A stretch of DNA of 64,000 nt from the human T2T-CHM13v2.0 reference genome, Homo sapiens: the NCBI RefSeq assembly GCF_009914755.1, contig NC_060926.1; one strand, 5' to 3'. The notes under the pieces are model-generated. The model saw only the letters and a list, made by a program, of their open reading frames with translations, made no database searches and had not been told where the DNA came from. Positions 55,259 to 64,000 of this stretch are shown one piece after another (the stretch's first letter is position 1; every line of letters begins with the position of its first letter). Made by a program: the position numbers and the translations under genes.

Positions 55259-56213
55259 CTACACATCCATGTCACCAACTTTCCACATAGAGATAGTGAT
55301 ATTTTTGAAAGTTAAATTTCACATTGCAGATGTTCTGTGTGGGATACTTCAATGTGTTTTCTCCTGCTCTTAGGGTCAAGTCCAAAATTTCTTACATAAC
55401 TTATAAGCCCAAAAGAATATCAGCCCCAAATTCAACTTTATGTACTCCTTGCACTGTTCACAGTGATACCTGGGTAAACTGTTGTGGTCATTGATTAGAA
55501 GATGGAACTATTACCAGAAGAATATTGGATGTGGAATTAGGTATGCTGGAACAAAAAGAGCATGAATGGTTACAAAGCCCAGGTGGTAGTTATAGGTCAC
55601 ATCAGTTTACATATATGTATTTTAGTGACATGAACCCAGTTCTTATAACTTTGCCTGGCAAAAAGAGTTGGAAAGAAGGAAGCGTCTACAAAAAGAATTG
55701 AAGGTGCTTCCCTGAATTTTACGGTAACAAATGGAAATGAAGCATGATTCAATATAACAATGTGGTTGGTAGTTCTTACCCTGGCTAGTTGTTGGTAATA
55801 GAGATTGGTTCTGTGCTCTGCCCCTCTCTGTGTGTTCCCTTGGGTAGTCATTCCAGATCAATTTGCTGATTTATAATGCTGTGGATAATAATGCTTGCTT
55901 TCACCAAGCCATTGTAGAAGATGAATGTTTACTGTGTGTTTAAGATTAGAAGGTAAAAGGTGGTATGCAATCAGAAATGGTGTGTTGAAAGGTTATTAAT
56001 GACGCTCAAAGCTAAGAGGAGAGGGACAGGCAATTCTCTTTAGGGCTCAGTAGCATTTAATGCCAGGCAGGAGCACACTTATTTTTAGATATACATTTCC
56101 CTGTTCATTGAAGACAGGATTCATAAAGAAAAACAATATTTTGACATGTAATAGGATTACAATTTTTTAGAAATTAGGTTAAAATCGTCAAGAAAAAGAA
56201 ACATCCGAATAAA

Positions 56214-56495
56214 GGTCAGATGCGAGGCTAACACCTATAATCCAAGCAATTTGGGAGGCTGAGGCAGGAGGATCTCTTGAGCCCAGGGGTTCAAGACCAG
56301 CCCGGGAAATATGGCAGAACCCCATCTCTACAAAAATATATAAAAATCAGCCAGGGATGTTGATGCATGCCTGTAGTACCAACTACTGGGGAGGCTGAAA
56401 TAAGAGAATTGATTGAATCTGGGCTGCAGTGAGCTCTGAGGCACTGTACTCCAGCCTGGACGACACAGTGAGACCCTGTCTCAAAAAAAAAAAAG
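56214..56495 (+). mobile_element. Alu (AluJ-type, diverged)
   Basis: 'gggaggctgaggcaggaggatctcttgagcccagg...gggctgcagtgagct...gagaccctgtctcaaaa'. Confidence 0.92.
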
Positions 56496-57842
56496 AAAGA
56501 AACATATTCATTGAGCAATAAAAAGTTGTCTGTGTGATCATTAAAAAAGTATTTTAGTTAAAAGATGCATAACACATTTGAGTTATAAATAAATTATGTA
56601 TATATGTTATACACACACATAAATTTACTTATTTCCATAAGAAAGAAGTATGCCAATTAGGTAACATTACCTTTTTTCCCCATCCCCTGTTTTCCTAAAT
56701 CATTTTTGTACAGATTCCTGGCTGATCAGTGTCCCCAAATCATTCTTATTGAATCTAAGTGGAATTATAACTATGTAATTCCATGTAGCTTCACCTGTTT
56801 CAACCCTAGTTCATATTGCTGCACTGAGAGAACCAAGTCTGGCAAAAATCAGGGCTCACACTCTGGCTGCCATGTAAGAAGGCTCACGATTTCAGACATC
56901 TAGGATGCTGCTATTTAAAATGCTCACTTTGGTATCTTCAGGGCTTTGGAGGACTGTACTTGTCCAGCCTTCAGAGAACAGAATAGACTTAATCGCAATC
57001 TAAGAGAGAAGCAACAGGTCTGCCTTATTCCAAAGCTCTCAAACATAGATGATCAATTTTACACATTCCTATGAAACCCTGGACCCCATTCTCGTTGCTT
57101 CTCTTTTTGACTGTCCAGGTTCCCACCCATATCTTGCTCTGGTTAGTCACAATCAGAATCTTCACAACCACAATCAGAATCTTCCCACAGCCCTACCTGC
57201 AACACCTGCTTGTCTCTGCCATTACAATATAAGGTATGGTTTGATTCTCTTATGTACTGTGTTTGGTGCCCATGCAGTCCCTCATGAGTACCAGCTGATT
57301 TTCTTCCGTGTGTGTATAAACAATATCATGTTCCTTTAATTCAAATAATAAAAAGATATATAATCAGCACTGAATCTTTGAGTCACAAGGTTTAACATAG
57401 ACTTATCTGAATTATTCTACATCCTTGTGACTTGGGAGGGGGACATGTTTATTACTTTTTCTTTTACAGCTTGAAAGTATTCTTTTCAAGTGTTCATTTT
57501 GTCCTGTGCAGCAATCTCTAATTCACTCCCTACCCAAAGTTGACTAGAATACTTTAATCTATCATGATTAATATCAAGGATTCTATAATTAAAACACCTC
57601 ATTTTGATGGGTGGTTTCCTCACTTCCTATCTGTGACGTTGGGCAAGTTACTTAACCTCTCTAAGCTTATCTGAGCCTATTTTATAGCATGCACCAAAAA
57701 GCTATTACATTATGGCCATTATTTTTACTGTAGCTCAGCATAGCTCTGAAGACTGTTAAACATTTCACTTTTTATAATACTGTTTCTTAGACTTTATTTG
57801 AATATAAAGTTTATACCTTCATTAGAAACATTATTAGATCAC

Positions 57843-58231
57843 TTTATCAGTCTGCTTGGGCTGCCATTAAAAACATACCATAGACTAGGTGGATTAAACA
57901 ACAGAACTTTATTTCCTTACAGTTCTGGAGGCTGGAAGTCCAAGATTAGGATGTCAGCAGGATTGATTTATTCTCATGCCCTCCCTCCTTAGCATGTAAA
58001 GACTGTCTTTTTGTGGTGTCTTCATGTGGTCTTTCCTGTGAGTGTCTGTGTCTTAATCTGCTCTTGTTATATGAAGACAAGCCATATTAGAAAAAGGCCG
58101 GTCCTAATTACCGCATTTAAGTGTAATTACCTCTTTTAGGGCCCTGTCTCCAAATACAGTCATATTCTGAGGTATTGGGGGTTAGGACTTCAACATATCA
58201 ATTTTAGGGAGACACAATTTAGCCCAAAACA
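57843..58231 (-). mobile_element. MLT1A/B-like LTR
   Basis: 'gggctgccatt...cagttctggaggctggaagtccaagat...ctccaaatacagtcatattctgaggtattgggggttaggacttcaacata...gacacaatttagcccaaaaca'. Confidence 0.87.
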
Positions 58232-59568
58232 ATCAGTATCTCTGAAATGTCTAAATTCAGGAATTTAAGATTTTTTTTTTCATTGAATAGAAACAAAATA
58301 AAACTAAACATCAATGACAAAGAGAGGCAGAGAGAATAACTACTAATGTAAATGTAATTTTTTTTTCTGCATTGGCTTCCCTTGTCTCTTCTTTTCAGTG
58401 AAGTCAATGAAGCCGTTGCCCTACATTTACTTGTATTATACCACAGAAAACCTTCCCTTTGAACCCCAGAGCTTATATCAAGGCTAGTTTAACTTGAATA
58501 TGACTAATTTACCATGTCTCTTAACAGCAGCTTTTACAATCTGGCACCTGACCCAGAACCTATTTCTGGAAGATTTTAACCTATGTGTAAACAGCACATA
58601 ACAGACACTTTCTCTAAGGCCTATGAAGGAATATATAAATTGTTCCATATTAATAATGATGATGATAATAGCAAATCCTTCTATAGTGCTTTCTACATGC
58701 CAGTCACTATTCTAAGCACTTCACAGGTATCTGCTCTTTATTCCTTTTGTGGGCTTTAAAGTTCCTATTGTTGAGAAATGCAACATTAATTTTTGTACTG
58801 TCAAGAGATTCCAGGAAGAGAAATTTTAAAATGCTGTGGCTTTTGTTGACTGTATGACCAACCTCCTATCAACTTAAGAATATCTTGCGGAAAAATGTGA
58901 GGTTTTATAATTTATTCATGAGTTTTTAGTCACTTTTAATTGGAGACAATGAAGTGGTTATACCAAATAAAAGGCCTACAAATTAAATTTACATTTTTCT
59001 AGTCATTATACTAATATATGCTTATCAAGTGCTAAACTTTTTAAATCATCTGCAGTAAAATGCTTAGAGAGAGGAGGGTGATAGTGCTAAAACTGGTTGA
59101 AAATCTGACACATATTAGACATTAAGGTAACAGACTTGTCCAAGGTCACAGAACTAAAACATGGTGGAGCTCCCTAATTCCATGCTACAGTTTTAAGCTA
59201 TTGATAATATCCTGCAAGTTGTTTTATTACATATAAATCCAAGTGGAGACACTTAGAGAAATTGATTAAAAGAAAAACTGTTGAGCATAATCAAACAGTA
59301 CTGTTGAAAGGCTGTTTTATTTTATTTGCAGAGCATTTTATGTTAGCCACTATCCTGTTATAAGGACTTGTTCATTGTGAGTATGCGGCACTATAGTAAT
59401 TGGTTATAAAGAAGAATGTAGAACAGCAGGTGTACAATAGAAATTGCTCTTTGTAGTTTAAATAAATTTCTAAGAGCTACCATATATTTAATTCTTATTC
59501 CATGATAGGTACAAGGACTTAGATTTCTTAAATCTCATGCAAATAAGTACTTTTAAAACCAATTTTCA

Positions 59569-59894
<326 letters not shown>

Positions 59895-60839
59895 CTATGT
59901 CTATGTTGGATAAATTTAAATTTATTTACTTTCATATCAAAACAAACACCTTAATTTGGGACTAATGTAATAGTTTGTAATTGATTTTAACCTCCTCCAA
60001 AAGATACTGTAAGAATAACTTGTATATTAATCATCCTAAAATATAAAATGTGGTGTCATTTTCCAGTTTTTAAGATTTCATCGTCCTAGGAATTCAAGTC
60101 CAGGCAGCACCGAATGTCTCTTAACCTTAGTCCACTTATCTTTCATGCCTTGGGGCCCACTGTTTCACTTGGTTTCAAAAAAACAACCTGGCTCAGTGTA
60201 TTATTGTAGATTCCCTAGAGAAATCCATCTGCTTTTTCCTCTCTTTTTTCTCACATGATTGTCTTGCCTCACAGACCCTTCCATCATCTTCCAAGTGAGG
60301 AAACCTATTGAGGTATCAAGGGCCAACTTCAATGAAAACTTCCCCGACTTCCTCTGAATGGATTTGAGCTCCTCTTCTAAATTCCTCTAGCTCTTAGTTG
60401 TTATATGCTAATAATATTGATCACATACTAAAGCATCTCATTACATTTCAGTGCAGAAATAATCCTGCTTATTATCATATAGATCCTATCATATAGATCT
60501 ATAGATCATTAAGCACTGTGTCTGTTACACAAAGGAAATTTTTGATAAATATTTCTGGGGAAAAGGCAATCAGAAAATGGGAAGTAATAAAAGAATGACA
60601 TTTGGTGCTGTGTCCTTCCTCTTATTTCTAAAATAAAATACATAAAAATTTGGTTTTTGCTAACATAACCATCTGAAGTGATATGACAGGCCTTTGGCTA
60701 ACTATCTAATGATATACTAGCAATTCACAAAAATTTGGGGAAAATGAACATATATTCACTAATTCACAAGTAGTCACCCATGCTAGATTAGAAGATGAAG
60801 AATTGAGTAAAAAGTGGAACCTATTTTAATTATGTTACA

Positions 60840-61810
60840 GCCTACTGATAAATAAATAATCCCAGTATGGAGTGGTAAGTCCCATAATAAATATCTACAG
60901 AGAGGTCTCTGGAAGCACAAGGAAGGACCGTCTGGGTTTGACAGGGGATATTAGAAAAAGTTTCAAAGAACACATGACATTTGTTCAAAATCTTGAAGGA
61001 TGGAGATGAGTTTGCCAAGCAGAAAAGAATAAAACATTATTTTATCACTTGAGAAAGGGCCTGCCCATAGTTGGTAAATTCAGGATGTGATATTTGGAGA
61101 GAGAGGATATTATGGGGTGAGAAAGGAAGGGAGTAGCCATGTTGGGGAGGAATCAGAGAGCCATGCTAACAAGTTTAACTTTAATTGCATGCAAGACTGA
61201 CAGCCATTAAAAGGTTTTAGGCAGGAAAGTGATGTGATCAGAGCTACAGTATGCTGAAGAATAAATTAATGTGATGAGCCAAAATCAGACGCAGGGAGGT
61301 TACGGGACTGCAGCAAAGCTTCAGGGAAAGGCAGTAGTAATAGGATGTGCAGGAAAAAGTAATGCAGATTGCAGAAACTTAAAATGGGTGAAAGAAAGAG
61401 AGAGAGGCAAAAGATTGACTGTGGCTTACAGTTTTTGATAAATAATAATGCCAAAAATCAAGATCTGGATTAAGAGGGAGATCTAGTGTGAGGAAGAAAG
61501 AAAATCAGTTAGCATTGCAGGTTTTTATCTGATTCTGTAAAATCAACAACTGTCCAGTAAGCAGTTATAAATATTTTTCTGGCATGAGTTGAGACTCAGC
61601 TAAAGATATATATTCCAAAACCAATAGTTTAAGCGTGGAGGTAAAAACCTCCATGCATAGAGGTATATGAAATTGGCTATGGACATTTTTGAGAGAGAAA
61701 AGGGCTAAGTATAGAGTCCACAAAGAAGACTAAAAGGAAGGTTTTGAACTCAGCTGAAAACTAAGGAAAAAATATTGTCATGAGAAAGAGTGAAGACAGT
61801 TTTAAAGAGA
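60840..61810 (-). mobile_element. L2 LINE relic
   Basis: Antisense L2 motifs 'aatcttgaaggatg...gagtttgccaagcaga', 'agccattaaaaggttttaggcaggaaagtgatgtgatcaga', 'tgtccagtaagcagtt'. Confidence 0.6.
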
Positions 61811-61813
61811 ATG

Positions 61814-62240
61814 TGCTATGGTTTGGATGTGGATTGCCCTCATCAAAATTCATGTTGAAATTTGATCCCCAAAATGTCAGTGTTAGGAGGCAGGACCTAA
61901 TGGGAGGTATTTGGTTCATGTAGGTGGATCCCTCATGAATAGATTAATGCTTTCTCCCAGGAGTGAGTTCTTTCTTTCAAGGGAATGGATTAGTTTCCAC
62001 AAGAGCAGGTTGTTAAAAAGAGTTTGCTTCATCTGTTTCTCTCTCTTGCTTTCTCTCTTGTCTTGCAATCTCTGCACATGCCTGCCCCTCTTCCATTATC
62101 TTCCATGAGTGGAATCAGCCTGAGGACCTCAACAGATGCACCTGCCCAATCTTAAACTTTCCAGCAATCTGAATTGTGAGCCAAATAATTTTTTTATAAA
62201 TTATCCAGCTTCAAGTATTATACCAACAAAAAAAAGGTAA
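61814..62240 (+). mobile_element. MSTB-like MaLR LTR
   Basis: 'tgctatggtttggatgtg...aaattcatgttgaaatttgatcccc...ggatccctcatgaatagattaatgc...agagcaggttgttaaaaag...tgtgagccaaata'. Confidence 0.85.
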
Positions 62241-62309
62241 GCAACAAAAAATCAAGTGAGACAAAAAGTCTCCATAGTTCTTGATACCATGAAACATACA
62301 AAGGAAGAA

Positions 62310-62525
62310 TTAGGAAGATACAAAGGGAAGACAAGGGCTTCAAGGACACTTTTACAGGTGATATATACATATAGACTCTCAACTGTGATTATGATTTTAC
62401 AGGTATATGCATATGCTCAAACTAATCTAATTGTATACATACATTTAGTTTTATATGTTTGATATGTGAAGTTCTGAATATCAATCATACATCGATAAAG
62501 CTGCTTAAAAAATAAAAATAAAAAA
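62310..62525 (+). mobile_element. Old L1M 3' end
   Basis: 'ggtgatatatacat...ttttacaggtatatgcatatgctcaaactaatctaattgtatac...tatcaatcatacatcgataaagctgcttaaaaaa'. Confidence 0.6.
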
Positions 62526-63503
62526 TAGAAGCATACAACAAGTCAACTGGCACTTAAATTAGATAGTGGAATTCTGTGTGTCACTTAATCTTTATCACTT
62601 ATTTTAAATTTAAAGTCATATTATTGTCTGTATCTAGACCAAGAACTTTTCATAAGACAAGATGTACTATTACATCTTGTATATATAAATGTATATATAA
62701 AAATTCAGCAGAGAACATTTATCATGTATCTATTTCCTATAGACTTCTGGACATTTGGAGGTATTTTAGAAAAAATATAATAGTCACAAACTCAATTCAA
62801 AAGAAGTTATTATTCATTAAAAAACTCTCCTATTTTTTCCATGTGGCATGGTAATTTAGTTTGTATCAAGAAGCTCTGATATAGGGTCCATTTACTTCAT
62901 CAAGCATCTAACTAGCATCTAAAAATGGATGCTTTCTGTCCTTCACACAATTGAACTTATCTGTGGCAACCGTCAATCTTCCTAAGGTGGCTCCCAGGAG
63001 ACTACCAATCGTCACACAAAGCAGAGCCCCAGAAGTCTTTGTGTGCTACTAACTGATCAGATTATGTTATTTATTCCTGTCATTCTCCATTTCTTTCACT
63101 GCTACTGACCGTATAATAGGCTGGCAGACAGCTCTGCATTTATCACTCCTCCATCTATAAGAAAAAGGATCATAATTTAGAGTAACTCATGTAACTGGTA
63201 CGATGAATTTCACAGGGGTTTGCTTGACTCCGTTTTACTGATTCTAACATTCATATTGGTCTGAACCACCCCTTTATTCCTAGGAACTTTTCAGTGTATG
63301 TGGAGGATCTTCATATTTTCTTATGCAACACAAGCCAAGTCTCCACGATGTGCATGAAAAATTATAATATATCTCTATTGTTGTTTTTTTTTGTGTTTAA
63401 CTCAGTGAGCTATATAAATTTTTTTCATTTGAAGATAATATTCTATTTTTTTAAGCTGAAGAAACTTCAAACTACAACTTGTGAAATGTTATTACTTCAG
63501 TGA

Positions 63504-63820
<317 letters not shown>

Positions 63821-64000
63821 GACATTATTTTTTATATCGTAATTGCTCTCCAGAGCTTTATACAAGGTGTGCATAATTACCCACTATGTATACTTCTCCT
63901 GTTATAATTTTTATGGCCAACGTGATCAACATGTGCAAATTGCATGTATCAGTCTGATTCCTTAACTGTGATAATTGGATTCTCCATGCAATTAATTACA

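Noticed and set aside
61633-61656. 10-bp stem, 4-nt loop hairpin (similar short inverted repeats near 13009-13039 and 63013-63045)
   Set aside because: Short isolated stems with no other support; not distinguishable from chance.

Overview
AT-rich, CpG-poor primate (most likely human or other hominoid) non-coding DNA, intronic or intergenic. I can support no protein-coding exon, RNA gene, CpG island or CRISPR-like array. Every long ORF in the track comes from LINE-1, Alu, THE1/MaLR or simple repeats. The main contents are: a 3.3 kb 5'-truncated L1PA3-like element with a 19-bp target-site duplication (TSD); a 4.1 kb L1PA7-like element with a 5' inversion; a nested block at 28.7-33.8 kb (L1MC/MD, Tigger2a, old L1PA, a mini-L1, GGAA/GAAA repeats, MLT1); a THE1B provirus that has lost its 3' LTR; 14 Alus; several MaLR LTRs; and L2, MIR and L3 relics. 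I found no evidence for a new multi-gene system. The most interesting signals are rearrangement scars: (i) an apparent 1.6 kb inversion inside the L1MC/MD relic bounded by a 10-bp inverted duplication; (ii) a 54-bp sequence copied 2 kb away with a 14-bp stutter, resembling a templated insertion; (iii) a twin-primed L1 inversion with no sequence lost; (iv) a THE1B-MLT1 fusion; (v) a 280-bp tandem duplication. Subfamily names come from my recollection of consensus sequences, not from a Dfam/RepeatMasker run, and boundaries of old repeats are approximate.
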